In this document: piece after piece, positions 26,562 to 37,086 of the stretch
How positions within the stretch are numbered: the first letter of the stretch is position 1
Layout: the number at the start of each line of letters is the position of its first letter
DNA from: Bacteroidales bacterium
GTDB lineage: Bacteria > Bacteroidota > Bacteroidia > Bacteroidales > UBA4417
Reading direction: 5' to 3'
DNA: 42,586 nt
Assembly: GCA_035403045.1 (NCBI GenBank)
Contig: DAONEL010000003.1
Location: 1-42,586, forward strand
Notes under the pieces: generated by a model
Told to the model about the DNA's origin: nothing
Databases searched by the model: none
The model's input: only the letters and a program-made list of their open reading frames with translations
Program-made: the position numbers and the translations under genes

Positions 26562-29165
26562 ATGGAAGCTAAATTTTCACAAAGGGTAAAAGACGTACTG
26601 TCATTCAGCCGGGAAGCTGCGGTGATGCTGGGAAACGATTATATAGGTGTTGAACATCTTTTCCTTGGCATCCTCCGTGAAGGCGAAGGCCTGGCCATCA
26701 GGATACTGAATTATATGAATGTTGACCTTGCAGAGGTCAGGAAAAGCATTGAAACAACAATTGTTAACAGGTCAAAGAAAGTTGATCTGAATGATTTGAA
26801 GAACCTGCCATTGGCAAAACAAGCTGAAAGAGCCCTCAAATTGACCTATCTCGAAGCAAAGCTTTTCAATAGTGAACTTATCGGCACCGAACATCTTTTA
26901 TTGGCAATACTCAAAGATGAAGACAACATTGTAACGCGGTCATTATTGAAATACGGTATTGATTATGAGCTTGTTAAAGAGGAGGTGAAATCTTATCTCG
27001 TATCACGTGACGAAGACATCATTCGTGAGCAGGATAATTCACAGAAGAGTGACAGCAGCGAATTCAGGGATGAATTACCCGGTGGTGCACAGGATGAAGA
27101 TTCTGACGAAGGTTCGCCTTTTGGTACCGGTAAAAAAGTTGCTGACAGTAAATCAAAAACGCCTGTCCTCGACAATTTTGGCCGCGACCTTACCCGTGCT
27201 GCTGAAGAAAACCGCCTCGACCCGATAGTCGGGAGAGAGAAAGAACTTGAACGTATTTCTCAAATCCTCAGCCGCCGCAAAAAGAACAATCCAATCCTTA
27301 TTGGTGAACCAGGTGTTGGTAAATCAGCAATAGCTGAAGGCCTGGCGCTTCGTATTACTCAACGAAAGGTATCACGTGCGCTGTTTAACAAAAGAGTCTT
27401 TACACTGGATCTGGCATCTCTCGTTGCCGGTACTAAGTATCGTGGTCAGTTTGAGGAACGCATGAAAGCTGTGCTCAATGAGCTTGAGAAGAACCGTGAT
27501 ATCATCCTGTTTATTGATGAAATACACACGATTGTAGGTGCAGGAAATGCTTCCGGTTCGCTTGATGCGTCCAATATGTTCAAACCTGCACTCGCCCGCG
27601 GCGAAATTCAGTGCATTGGGGCTACCACATTAGATGAATACAGGCAGTACATTGAGAAAGACGGAGCCCTGGAACGTCGATTCCAGAAAGTGCTGGTCGA
27701 TCCTACCAGCAGCGAGGAAACGATTGAAATACTTAACCAGATCAAGGAAAAGTACGAAGATCACCACCTGGTAAAATATGATGATGAGGCAATTGATGCA
27801 TGTGTATCATTAACAAACCGTTATGTGACCGACCGTTGCCTTCCTGACAAGGCCATTGACGCTTTGGATGAAGCCGGTGCCAGGGTTCATATTTCCAATA
27901 TGCATGTGCCGGTTGAAATCGTGAACATTGAAGCACAGATAGAAGAGGTAAAACAGCGGAAAATGAAGGCCATTAAGGCCCAGAAATTTGAAGAAGCCGC
28001 TAATTACAGGGATTCAGAGCGCCGCTTGCAGAATGAACTGGAGATGGCAAAACGCAGGTGGGAAGATGAATCGAAGATAAACCGCGAAACCGTGACCGCC
28101 GAGAATGTTGCCGAAGTGGTTGCCATGATGACAGGAGTTCCTGTTCAGCGTATCGCCCAGAATGAAAGCGACAGGCTATTGAACATGGAAAAGGAATTGG
28201 GCGGTTCGGTGATTGGACAGGATGAAGCTATCAAAAAAGTTGTAAAAGCCATACGACGCAACCGGGCTGGGCTCAAAGACCCGAACAAACCTATCGGAAC
28301 CTTTATTTTCCTGGGACCCACAGGAGTCGGAAAAACACATCTTGCCAAAGTTCTGGCAAAATACCTGTTCGATTCGGAAGACACGCTGGTAAGAATTGAC
28401 ATGAGTGAGTACATGGAGAAATTTGCCGTATCAAGGCTTGTCGGAGCACCTCCGGGATATGTTGGCTATGAAGAAGGCGGTCAACTGACAGAGAAAGTTC
28501 GTCGCAGGCCATATTCCATCGTACTTCTTGATGAGATTGAAAAGGCACATCCTGACATTTTCCACATACTGCTGCAGGTGCTTGACGATGGTGTGCTCAC
28601 CGACAGTCTTGGACGTAAAGTCGATTTTAAGAACACTATTGTCATCATGACCTCAAACATCGGGTCAAGGCAATTAAAGGATTTCGGTTCAGGGGTTGGA
28701 TTCTCCACAACAGCCAGGCAATCACAGTGGTCGAGCCAGGCGCAGGGTGTGATAGAAAACGCCCTTAAGAAGACATTTGCACCGGAATTCCTGAACAGGA
28801 TTGACGATATAGTGATCTTCGAGTCGCTTGGTCGTGATGATATTCATAAGATCATCGATATAGAACTCAGGCATCTTTTCGACAGAATCCGCAAAATGGG
28901 ATATCAGCCGCAGGTAACCGATGCAGCAAAGGATTTCATTCTCGACCGTGGCTGGGACGAACAGTTTGGTGCACGTCCGCTCAAACGCGCAATCCAGAAA
29001 TATATTGAAGATACGCTTGCTGAAGAAATTATTAAATCAACGCTTAAAGAAGGCGATACGATTCTGGTTGACTATGAGAAAGATGCCAGCGAATTAGCCA
29101 TCAAAGTGCTTCCGTCAGCTAAACTCGAAATCCCACCGGTTACCGGCGAATCAGTAACAGGCTAA
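26562..29165 (+). CDS. clpC: AAA+ Clp/Hsp100 ATPase, ClpC-type
   Basis: 867-aa ORF. Two Clp_N repeats, Walker A motifs GEPGVGKS and GPTGVGKT, a UVR-like motif ([16 protein letters not shown]) and a short middle domain. Confidence 0.93.
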   Translation: MEAKFSQRVKDVLSFSREAAVMLGNDYIGVEHLFLGILREGEGLAIRILNYMNVDLAEVRKSIETTIVNRSKKVDLNDLKNLPLAKQAERALKLTYLEAKLFNSELIGTEHLLLAILKDEDNIVTRSLLKYGIDYELVKEEVKSYLVSRDEDIIREQDNSQKSDSSEFRDELPGGAQDEDSDEGSPFGTGKKVADSKSKTPVLDNFGRDLTRAAEENRLDPIVGREKELERISQILSRRKKNNPILIGEPGVGKSAIAEGLALRITQRKVSRALFNKRVFTLDLASLVAGTKYRGQFEERMKAVLNELEKNRDIILFIDEIHTIVGAGNASGSLDASNMFKPALARGEIQCIGATTLDEYRQYIEKDGALERRFQKVLVDPTSSEETIEILNQIKEKYEDHHLVKYDDEAIDACVSLTNRYVTDRCLPDKAIDALDEAGARVHISNMHVPVEIVNIEAQIEEVKQRKMKAIKAQKFEEAANYRDSERRLQNELEMAKRRWEDESKINRETVTAENVAEVVAMMTGVPVQRIAQNESDRLLNMEKELGGSVIGQDEAIKKVVKAIRRNRAGLKDPNKPIGTFIFLGPTGVGKTHLAKVLAKYLFDSEDTLVRIDMSEYMEKFAVSRLVGAPPGYVGYEEGGQLTEKVRRRPYSIVLLDEIEKAHPDIFHILLQVLDDGVLTDSLGRKVDFKNTIVIMTSNIGSRQLKDFGSGVGFSTTARQSQWSSQAQGVIENALKKTFAPEFLNRIDDIVIFESLGRDDIHKIIDIELRHLFDRIRKMGYQPQVTDAAKDFILDRGWDEQFGARPLKRAIQKYIEDTLAEEIIKSTLKEGDTILVDYEKDASELAIKVLPSAKLEIPPVTGESVTG

Positions 29166-29185
29166 GAGCTGTTATACCGAAAACA

Positions 29186-29216
29186 AAAACAGCCTGACAA
29201 ATTGCCAGGCTGTTTT
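29186..29216. terminator. Bidirectional intrinsic terminator between clpC and the acyl-CoA dehydrogenase gene
   Basis: AAAACAGCCTG (29186-29196), loop ACAAATTGC, CAGGCTGTTTT (29206-29216). It is flanked by A-runs and T-runs. Confidence 0.75.
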
Positions 29217-29235
29217 ATTTTTAAATGATTGATAA

Positions 29236-31011
29236 TCAGAACTTATATTCGTTATCGGCAATCAGTTTGTCGGCAATACGACGTCGTGCTTCTTTAATAT
29301 TTACCGGAGCAACTTTTGACAGACTTTCAATTGCTGCAGAAAGTATTGGCATTTGCTCCGCAGCGGCAAAGGAATTGATCGCATCAAGCGCTGACTTCCT
29401 GACAAGGTCGGCCGAATCGTAAACATACACATCCAGAATGTCCCTGTATACGCTGTTTGTTCCCTTCAATGATTCCAGTTTGGCAATCCTCAAAGCCATG
29501 GACTCAGCAATATAGATCTGCATCATGATGTCGGAAATGTTGTTGAGAACCTCCTGTTCATGAACCAGTTTTTTACCAAACTGTTTTGATGCCCCGTCAA
29601 TAGCCAGCAAAGCTACTTTCTTGAAGTTGCTGATATACAGAGCTTTTTCATCAAAATATGACAAGTTCTGAGCATCAAAAGAGGGTAGGCTGCCAAGTTC
29701 AGCAGCCAGTTTTTCAGCTTCCCCAAACAGGTCGAAATCGCCTTTCATCGCGCGTTTCATGGCAGTGTCAACAATCAGAAGGCGGTTGATTTCATTGGTG
29801 CCTTCAAAAATCCTGTTAATTCGTGAATCGCGGTATCCGCGCTCCACTGCCATTTCGGCAGAATATCCCATTCCGCCATGTATCTGGACCGCCTCATCAG
29901 CAACAAAATCGAGCATCTCAGAACCATAAACCTTCAGCAGTGCAGCTTCTACAGCGTAATGACTGATGGCTTCAATGGTTGCCCTGCCTTTATCCATACC
30001 AGTAGCTTTCATCTCGCTGATCAGCTGATCAATATCAAAACTCACACGGTAGGTGGCCGATTCATGTCCAAATGTCCTGATAACCTGCTCTGCAAGCTTA
30101 TGTTTGATAGAACCAAACGATGAAATAAGCATACAGAATTGTTTGCGCTCATTGGCATATTTCACTGAATCAGTAATTGCTTTTTTTGCAGCACCAATAA
30201 CATTGGCACCAAGTTTCAGGCGGCCCATATGTAAGATACTCAGCGCAATACGAAATCCTTCTCCCCTGGTTCCAATCAGGTTTTCGGCAGGGACTTTCAC
30301 ATCGTTGTAGAAAATCTGGGCAGTTGACGATCCTTTGATACCCATTTTTTTCTCATCAGGTGCTATGACTACTCCCGGCCAGGCACTTTCAACAATAAAA
30401 GCACTCAATACACGGTCATTCTCAATTTTGGCAAAAACTACCTGTGTATCGGCAAAACCAGCATTTGTAATCCACATTTTCTGGCCATTCAGGATGTAAT
30501 GTGTGCCATCTGCTGAAGGAACTGCGTTGGTTTTGCCTGAGTTTGCATCGCTTCCTGCGCCTGGTTCTGTAAGGCAGTATGCGCCCAGCAACTCCCCTGT
30601 AGCAAGCCTCGAAACATATTTCTGACGTTGCTCTTCGTTGCCGTAATACATGATTGGCAACGTACCGATACCACAATGAGCCATAAAAGCGACAGAAAAT
30701 GAGTATCCTGCGCCAATGGTCTCAGCAGTAAGCATCTGCGTTACAAACGATTGTCCAAATCCATTGTATTCTTCCGGCAGCGAGATTCCCATCAGCCCGA
30801 GTTCGCCTGATTTCTTCAGAATCTCTTTCATCAATTCACGATCCTGTTTATCGAGTTTATCGAGATTGGGATAAACTTCAGTATTCAGGAAATCGCGGCA
30901 GGTCTGGGCGATCATGAGCTGTTCTTCATCATATTCTTCAGGAATGAAAATATCTTCCGGCCTTACCGTACCAACGAGAAACTCACCGCTTTTCAATGCT
31001 TTTTTGTCCAT
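29236..31011 (-). CDS. Acyl-CoA dehydrogenase with extended C-terminal domain
   Basis: 591-aa ORF. ACAD motifs CLTEPGAGSD, QIHGGMGYSAE and RDSRINRIFEGTNEI, plus a C-terminal helical extension of about 170 aa. Confidence 0.92.
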   Translation of the reverse strand: MDKKALKSGEFLVGTVRPEDIFIPEEYDEEQLMIAQTCRDFLNTEVYPNLDKLDKQDRELMKEILKKSGELGLMGISLPEEYNGFGQSFVTQMLTAETIGAGYSFSVAFMAHCGIGTLPIMYYGNEEQRQKYVSRLATGELLGAYCLTEPGAGSDANSGKTNAVPSADGTHYILNGQKMWITNAGFADTQVVFAKIENDRVLSAFIVESAWPGVVIAPDEKKMGIKGSSTAQIFYNDVKVPAENLIGTRGEGFRIALSILHMGRLKLGANVIGAAKKAITDSVKYANERKQFCMLISSFGSIKHKLAEQVIRTFGHESATYRVSFDIDQLISEMKATGMDKGRATIEAISHYAVEAALLKVYGSEMLDFVADEAVQIHGGMGYSAEMAVERGYRDSRINRIFEGTNEINRLLIVDTAMKRAMKGDFDLFGEAEKLAAELGSLPSFDAQNLSYFDEKALYISNFKKVALLAIDGASKQFGKKLVHEQEVLNNISDIMMQIYIAESMALRIAKLESLKGTNSVYRDILDVYVYDSADLVRKSALDAINSFAAAEQMPILSAAIESLSKVAPVNIKEARRRIADKLIADNEYKF

Positions 31012-31401
31012 GTGTTTGGTTTTATCTTTTTGACTTTTGTTATGAATGCTTAGTAATTGAGTGCCGAAAAGTACGAAATTTCACTGAATCAGAAACTGCA
31101 AAGCCATCGCACTAATATGACAATCATCATTTATTAATTAAATAACCGACTGATAAACAATTGGTTATTATATGATTAACGGGGCAAAGGAAATTTCTCA
31201 AAGCTTAAAGTCATTCACATCTTTTGGATGAAAAATGGTTAATGAAGCTGTCGGCAACAACATTTTCGGCTCTTCCCTTATGAATGAATACATCAGCCTA
31301 TGAGGCGTATTTTTCATCGCTGGCAGCGTCATATACGAGCAGATAACCAATAATGATGTTTACTGCCATTTTTACTGCTTGAAACAGAAGTAAAAGAAAA
31401 A

Positions 31402-32190
31402 TCAGAGGTTTAATGAGAGTGAAATCAGCTCGGCTATATCAAGATTTTTTACTGACTCTTCTTTGTTGGCATACTTGATTCCGTCAGTCATCATGGTCAT
31501 ACAAAACGGGCATGCGGTTGCTATTACATCGGTTCCTGTGGCCAGGGCTTCCTTTGTACGTTCAATAAAAACCTCAGTTGTACCTTTTTCGGCCTCTTTG
31601 AACATTTGTGCTCCGCCAGCCCCGCAGCACAAAGCAAAGCTTTTATTTCTGGCCATCTCAACATTCTTATCTGTCAATTTCGAAAGAATGTGGCGTGGCG
31701 CTTCATAAATGCCATTTGCCCGGCCCAGGTAACAGGGGTCGTGGTAAGTGATGGCTTCTTTCAACTTGTTCTCTAAAACCAGCTTACCATTATTTATTTG
31801 TTCTTCAATAAATTGAAGGTAGTTAATTACAGTAAAAGTTGCACCAAGATCAGGGTATTCATTTTTAAATGTATTATAGCAATGAGGACAAACTGTGATC
31901 ACCTTTGTTACTTCATACATTTTGAACGTCTCAAGCACCGTGAATGCCTGCATTTGAAACAGCATTTCATTTCCGGCACGCCGGGCCGGGTCGCCGGTGC
32001 AGGTTTCTTCTTTGCCAAGAACCGCAAAATCAATTTTCAGATAGGTTAAAATTTTAGCAAATTGCCTGACTACCTTCTTATAGCGGTCATCAAAGGCGCC
32101 TGCACAACCCACCCATAACAGGTACTCAGGTTTTTCACCGCGGGCAAAAAGATCAGCCATCACCGGGATTTCAACGTTCACTTTTTCCAT
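31402..32190 (-). CDS. Cysteine-rich (CCG-domain) Fe-S oxidoreductase subunit, HdrD/GlpC-like
   Basis: 262-aa ORF with two CCG-type cysteine clusters (VGCAGAFD...CPHCYN and DPCYLGR...LCCGAGG...CPFC). Confidence 0.85.
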   Translation of the reverse strand: MEKVNVEIPVMADLFARGEKPEYLLWVGCAGAFDDRYKKVVRQFAKILTYLKIDFAVLGKEETCTGDPARRAGNEMLFQMQAFTVLETFKMYEVTKVITVCPHCYNTFKNEYPDLGATFTVINYLQFIEEQINNGKLVLENKLKEAITYHDPCYLGRANGIYEAPRHILSKLTDKNVEMARNKSFALCCGAGGAQMFKEAEKGTTEVFIERTKEALATGTDVIATACPFCMTMMTDGIKYANKEESVKNLDIAELISLSLNL

Positions 32191-32210
32191 TGCTGTTCTT
32201 TTATCATTGG

Positions 32211-33527
32211 TTAATTGACATTCATTTCGAGATTGGCGGCCCAGTTGAGGCGATCTTCAGGCGAATATTGCCAGGGTGCACCATTGTTCTCAATGTTGTT
32301 AAAGACCTTTTTCAATTCACCTGGCGCTGACCCCTCTTCCATTACCAGATAACGCCTCAGGTCAACAATGAGTGTCGGATGGTTAATATTTACCGGGCAT
32401 TCCATTGCGCAGGCATTGCACGTTGTGCAGGCCCATATTTCTTCTTCCGTTATGTAATCGCGGATCAGTGATCGCGAATCGTCATAAGCCCTGTTCTTTA
32501 GCAATTGCGGTCCTTTCTCCTTCATTCTTGCCCGTACATCCATCAATATCTTCCTTGGCGACAGTTTTTTCCCGGTGATATTGGCGGGACAAACAGATGT
32601 GCATCGCCCGCATTCAGTGCACGATAGTGAATCAAAATAATTCTTCCAGCTGATATCCTCAGCATCTTTGACGCCAAAACGCTCAACCGGGACTTCAGCA
32701 GGAGCTGCTGAATAGGCAGTTTCAGGATTGAGCATGAGTTTAACTTCAGTAGTAATATTCTCCATATTTGGCAACTTTCCGAGCGGATCGAGGCGCGAAA
32801 GAAAAACATTGGGCACCGACATAAAAACGTGGAAATGCTTGGAATATGGCAACATGTTGGCGAATATAAAGATGAGCAAAATGTGGCTCCACCAGAATAT
32901 CTCATGCCAGGTTTGAATTGATGAAAGCTGGTATCCGCTAAAGATTGCTGATAAAGAATAACTTATAGGGTAAATACCTTCAATAACCTCACCCGGCAAC
33001 AGCCTTGAAGCAACATAGGAGGCATTCATGCCAAGCAGCGATATCATCAGCAACAATATCATTGTGAGCGCGATATTGGCATCAATGTGTGATTTCTTCT
33101 TCATTTCGATACCTTCGAAACGCCTGACGTGCATGAAAAGGCGCCTGAAAAGAAATACAAGGATTGAAATCGCTACCAGTAAGGCAAATATGTCTCCCGA
33201 AGCCATGATGAGGTCATGAAGCCAACCCAGCACCGACAACGACTTCTCGATGCCGGACAATCCATCGATTACCATTTCGATACTTCCGAAGAGGATCACA
33301 CAAAATCCCCAGAAAACCAAAGCATGAAACAACCCTATTACCGGACGGCGAAAAATTTTTGTCTGGCCGAAAGCCACCTCCATCATGATTCCAAACCGCT
33401 TTCCAAAGTCCTTTACAGGGAAAGCTTTTCGTGTCAGTTTAAAGAAGCCGATTATCCGCCTGATGGTATAAGCAAAAACCAGCAGAGTAATAATAAGGGT
33501 AATTGCGAAAACGATTTGTTTGGCCAT
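32211..33527 (-). CDS. Membrane-bound 2x[4Fe-4S] ferredoxin-domain oxidoreductase subunit
   Basis: 438-aa ORF. The N-terminal half is polytopic with conserved His residues (HALVFWGF, KHFHVF). It is followed by CTECGRCTSVCP and CTTCNACAMECP. Confidence 0.85.
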   Translation of the reverse strand: MAKQIVFAITLIITLLVFAYTIRRIIGFFKLTRKAFPVKDFGKRFGIMMEVAFGQTKIFRRPVIGLFHALVFWGFCVILFGSIEMVIDGLSGIEKSLSVLGWLHDLIMASGDIFALLVAISILVFLFRRLFMHVRRFEGIEMKKKSHIDANIALTMILLLMISLLGMNASYVASRLLPGEVIEGIYPISYSLSAIFSGYQLSSIQTWHEIFWWSHILLIFIFANMLPYSKHFHVFMSVPNVFLSRLDPLGKLPNMENITTEVKLMLNPETAYSAAPAEVPVERFGVKDAEDISWKNYFDSLSCTECGRCTSVCPANITGKKLSPRKILMDVRARMKEKGPQLLKNRAYDDSRSLIRDYITEEEIWACTTCNACAMECPVNINHPTLIVDLRRYLVMEEGSAPGELKKVFNNIENNGAPWQYSPEDRLNWAANLEMNVN

Positions 33528-33620
33528 ATCGAATGGTTACTTATTCAACAATCTGTTATTGAACTAAATACAATGAGAATGAAGAGATGATTCTTACCTG
33601 TGTTCCAAACTGGCAGGCAT

Positions 33621-34592
33621 CTATTTTGCTTTCATCTCTTTGACAGCTTCAACGAGTTTGGGAAGTACTTTTGATGCATCACCAACAATCCCGTACTGCG
33701 CAGCACTGAAAATGGGCGCATCCTTATCAGTATTAACTGCGACAATATACTTTGAAGAACTTACACCTGCGAGATGCTGGGTAGCTCCTGATATACCGAT
33801 GGCAAAATACAGGTTTGGAGCAATGATTTTGCCTGTCTGGCCGGTGTGTTCTTCGTGAGGCCGCCAGCCTTCATCAGAAACCGGGCGCGAACAGGCAGTA
33901 GCTGCACCAAGCAATCCAGCAAGTTCAACCAGAGGTGCCCAGTTGTCAGGCGATTTCATACCACGCCCTCCCGAGACTACCACATCGGCATCAGTAAGCA
34001 AGATTTTGCCTGTCTGTTTTTGAACATCCTTTACAACAGTTTTCATGATTCCTTCGCTAAGATCAGCAGTGAAATTCTCGATAGAAGATTCACCCCCTGT
34101 TTCTTTAAGTTCAAATGAATTCTGCGCGAGTGTGAGGATTTTAACCGGAGTTTTGATCAGCAGGTTTGCAAAAGCATTGCCAGAATAAGCTCGCTTTTGA
34201 ACCACGAATGGTGAGAAGCTCAGCGGTAAATGATTCACTCCGGAACCAATACCAGCTTTCAACCTGACAGAAAGGCGCGGAGCAAGTGCTTTACCAGTGT
34301 TATTATTTGAAAGAATCACAATACCTGCATTTTCTTTCTCAGCTACCTGAGCGATCACCGAAGTATAAGCCTGGTTATCAAGGAAAACGAGCTTGTCGTT
34401 CGAAACCGAAACAACTTTGGTGGCACCATATTTGCCAAGTTTGTCAAGTTCAGCATTTTCAACAATCCCGATGGAAAGCGCAACCACATTAGTATTGCTC
34501 AACTCAGCCACACCGCTGGCATAAGACACCAGTTCAAACGTGGCCTTTTTGAATTTACCATCCCAATTTTCTACAAAAACAAGTACTGACAT
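33621..34592 (-). CDS. etfA: Electron transfer flavoprotein subunit alpha
   Basis: 323-aa ORF with a C-terminal FAD-binding region (VVSGGRGM, APNLYFAIGISGATQHLAG). Confidence 0.95.
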   Translation of the reverse strand: MSVLVFVENWDGKFKKATFELVSYASGVAELSNTNVVALSIGIVENAELDKLGKYGATKVVSVSNDKLVFLDNQAYTSVIAQVAEKENAGIVILSNNNTGKALAPRLSVRLKAGIGSGVNHLPLSFSPFVVQKRAYSGNAFANLLIKTPVKILTLAQNSFELKETGGESSIENFTADLSEGIMKTVVKDVQKQTGKILLTDADVVVSGGRGMKSPDNWAPLVELAGLLGAATACSRPVSDEGWRPHEEHTGQTGKIIAPNLYFAIGISGATQHLAGVSSSKYIVAVNTDKDAPIFSAAQYGIVGDASKVLPKLVEAVKEMKAK

Positions 34593-34616
34593 ATAATTAA
34601 GTTGTTTGATTTGTGA

Positions 34617-35366
34617 TTAAAGTACTTTGGCTTCGTTTTGCAGCAAGGCAATCAACTGTCCGGCATTTTCGGCATCCACAAATTTGCAGGCTGCACGCGG
34701 TTTAGGCATTTCATAAGCCATAACCTCTGTGAAAGCCTCAACGGTTGCAGGCTCCACAACTGCGATCGGCTTAGTGCGTGCCATCATAATTCCGCGCATT
34801 GCTGCAATTCTGGGTTCTTTGGCTATACCTTTCTGCACGATAGCAACAAAAGGTGAAGGAACATTTACAATTTCCTTGCCGCCGTCGATTTCCCGGGACA
34901 TCACTACGGCACCGTTTTCAATTGCGAGAGATGAAACAGCAGAAACCGAAGGAATACCAAGCAGTTCGGCGAGCATCCCTCCTACCGTTGAACCATTATG
35001 ATCGCTTGATTCGATGCCGCACATAATGATATCGTATGGGTTTTGTTTAAGGACTTCCGATAACTGAGAAGCTACAAAAAAAGCGTCGGATGCTTCTGCA
35101 TTCACGCGTATGGCATCATCGGCACCGATTGCGAGCGCTTTGCGGATAACTGGTTCAGCAGCAGCAGTACCAACATGAGCTACTGTAACTTTCTCAATTC
35201 CGTTTGCGGCAACATCCTTCAGTTCAAGTGCGCGGGTGAGGGAAAGTTCATCCCATGGATTAATAACCCATTGAATGCCAGTCGTATCTAGTTTCTTGTT
35301 ATCATCTATAAATCTGACTTTCGTGGTGGTGTCAGGCACATTGCTGATGCAAACTAATACTTTCAT
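34617..35366 (-). CDS. etfB: Electron transfer flavoprotein subunit beta
   Basis: 249-aa ORF. MKVLVCISNVPDTTTKV N-terminus and DIIMCGIESSDHNGSTVGGMLAELLG. Confidence 0.95.
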   Translation of the reverse strand: MKVLVCISNVPDTTTKVRFIDDNKKLDTTGIQWVINPWDELSLTRALELKDVAANGIEKVTVAHVGTAAAEPVIRKALAIGADDAIRVNAEASDAFFVASQLSEVLKQNPYDIIMCGIESSDHNGSTVGGMLAELLGIPSVSAVSSLAIENGAVVMSREIDGGKEIVNVPSPFVAIVQKGIAKEPRIAAMRGIMMARTKPIAVVEPATVEAFTEVMAYEMPKPRAACKFVDAENAGQLIALLQNEAKVL

Positions 35367-35438
35367 TGATCAGGATTTTTTGATTTATTTTTTCAAACCA
35401 CAGGAATTCAATCATTCTGCGGGTTGATTTTACCGCGA

Positions 35439-35446
35439 CAAAGATA
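35439..35446 (-). promoter_or_regulatory. -7 box TATCTTTG for the etfB-etfA-FeS operon
   Basis: The forward strand reads CAAAGATA, an exact TAnnTTTG on the minus strand 73 nt upstream of the etfB start. Confidence 0.4.
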
Positions 35447-35664
35447 AAATAAACTCACAAAAGGGATACTTTTTCACGTTTTGGACTCGTTGATCGTGAT
35501 AGAATAAGCTGTTCTTTTATGCCAATTCATAACATCTTCTAATTGTAAATATCTATCAACCTGTTACTTATCAAAAATAAATAGAATTCGTATAAACTTT
35601 GGCAGGCTTGAAATTTCTTTGCCGAATCAAATATTACCTATTTTTAACTCTTCAGAGCATACCA

Positions 35665-36138
35665 ATGAAACACTCCGACGACAATCATCATAAATCAAGG
35701 AAATTTTTAAAAATGCCGGTTTACCCGGGAGGTAAAGATTCGTTCCGGGCGTTTGTTGCAGAAAACCTCAGGTATCCTGAATCCGCCCTTCAAAATAATG
35801 TTCAAGGCACTGTGTATCTTGAATATACGGTTGATAACATAGGTACAATCGATAATATTATCGTTACCAGGGGAATAGGATATGGCTGCGACGAAGAAGC
35901 AGTGAGGCTGGTAAAACTCATTGCCTATCCATCGGTGCGGAACCGCGGCGTGAAAATGAAAGTAACCATGAAAACCAGGATCGCCTTCACCTTACCTGCG
36001 AAACAAAAAGAGCAGAAAGAAGTGACCTCTGAAATAAAACTCAGTTATTCAAAACCTGAGGAAGCCAAACCACAGAAAGAAGCAGCTCTGCCAAAGCCAA
36101 CCTACGGTTATACAATCACCATCAATCAGAATTCCTGA
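35665..36138 (+). CDS. TonB C-terminal-domain protein (no evident membrane anchor)
   Basis: The ORF frame starts at a TTG at 35599, but I prefer the ATG at 35665. TonB_C signature: MPVYPGGKDSFRAFVAENLRYPESALQNNVQGTVYLEYTVDNIG. The tail is Lys/Glu/Pro-rich. Confidence 0.75.
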   Translation: MKHSDDNHHKSRKFLKMPVYPGGKDSFRAFVAENLRYPESALQNNVQGTVYLEYTVDNIGTIDNIIVTRGIGYGCDEEAVRLVKLIAYPSVRNRGVKMKVTMKTRIAFTLPAKQKEQKEVTSEIKLSYSKPEEAKPQKEAALPKPTYGYTITINQNS

Positions 36139-36157
36139 CAATTAACGCCCAGGCAGA

Positions 36158-37030
36158 TCAAATTTTCAGGTCAGGCTCTCCTTCCAAAGACTTTCCATTA
36201 CATTCCTTGCAGTCGAGGCTGCGGTTATACATCTGCATGGCGCGGTAGCTCATACCCATGCTGCTGAATCCTCCATCGTTATAAAGGTTCTGCATGGTAA
36301 CCTTCTTTGTAAGATCGCTGAAAAGTGTGATACAGTAATCGGCACATTCTTCGGCAGTTGCATTTCCTAGCGGCGCCATTCGTTCGGTGAAATCCATCAG
36401 TCCGTTGATTCCTTTTACACCACTGCCTGCGGTAGTCAGTGTGGGAGACTGTGAAATAGTATTGATGCGGATATGGCTCTTCCTTCCATAAATATAGCCG
36501 AAACTGCGTGCAATGCTTTCAAGCGCTGCTTTGGCATCAGCCATGTCGTTATATTCAAACAGCGTGCGTTGTGCGGCGATATATGACAAGGCCACAACCG
36601 ATCCCCATTCGTTCAGGGCATCAAATTTATTGGCTGTCTGCAACACTTTGTGAAACGAAATGGCCGAAATGTCCATCGTTTTCAGGTAATAATCATAGTT
36701 GATCTGGTCGTAAGGAATTTTCTTCCTCACATTTGGCGACATACCGATTGAATGCAGTATAAAATCGATTTTACCGCCGAAATGATCCATGGTTTGCTGA
36801 AAAAGGTTTTCAAGATCAGGAATGCTGGTGGCATCTGCAGGCACTACGAGCGCATTGCATTTCTCTGCCAGTATGTGGGTATCACCCATCCTGAGGGCCA
36901 TTGGTGTATTTGTCAATACAAATTCGGCTCCTTCTTCATATGCCCTTTCGGCTGTTTTCCAGGCTATTGACAATTCGTTCAATGCACCGAAAATAATTCC
37001 TTTTTTACCTTTGAGCAGGTTGTATGCCAT
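36158..37030 (-). CDS. fabI: Enoyl-[acyl-carrier-protein] reductase (NADH), FabI
   Basis: 290-aa ORF. GKKGIIFGALNELSIAW dinucleotide-binding motif and Y-x6-K active site (YNDMADAKAALES). Confidence 0.9.
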   Translation of the reverse strand: MAYNLLKGKKGIIFGALNELSIAWKTAERAYEEGAEFVLTNTPMALRMGDTHILAEKCNALVVPADATSIPDLENLFQQTMDHFGGKIDFILHSIGMSPNVRKKIPYDQINYDYYLKTMDISAISFHKVLQTANKFDALNEWGSVVALSYIAAQRTLFEYNDMADAKAALESIARSFGYIYGRKSHIRINTISQSPTLTTAGSGVKGINGLMDFTERMAPLGNATAEECADYCITLFSDLTKKVTMQNLYNDGGFSSMGMSYRAMQMYNRSLDCKECNGKSLEGEPDLKI

Positions 37031-37086
37031 AATGTTTAGTTTTCAGGATTAGTAAAAGTTAATTTCATTAACAATCGGGAAATAAA

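Noticed and set aside
3903-31163. Recurrence of the AACAATTG core of the 22-bp palindrome. It appears in a near-palindrome TTCGAACAATTGTACGAA at 26325-26342 (gyrA/clpC intergenic) and at 31156-31163 (acyl-CoA dehydrogenase upstream spacer), which could suggest a shared regulon motif.
   Set aside because: The same 8-mer also occurs inside a coding region (3903-3910). About one occurrence is expected by chance in this AT-leaning window, so the enrichment is not convincing without genome-wide statistics.
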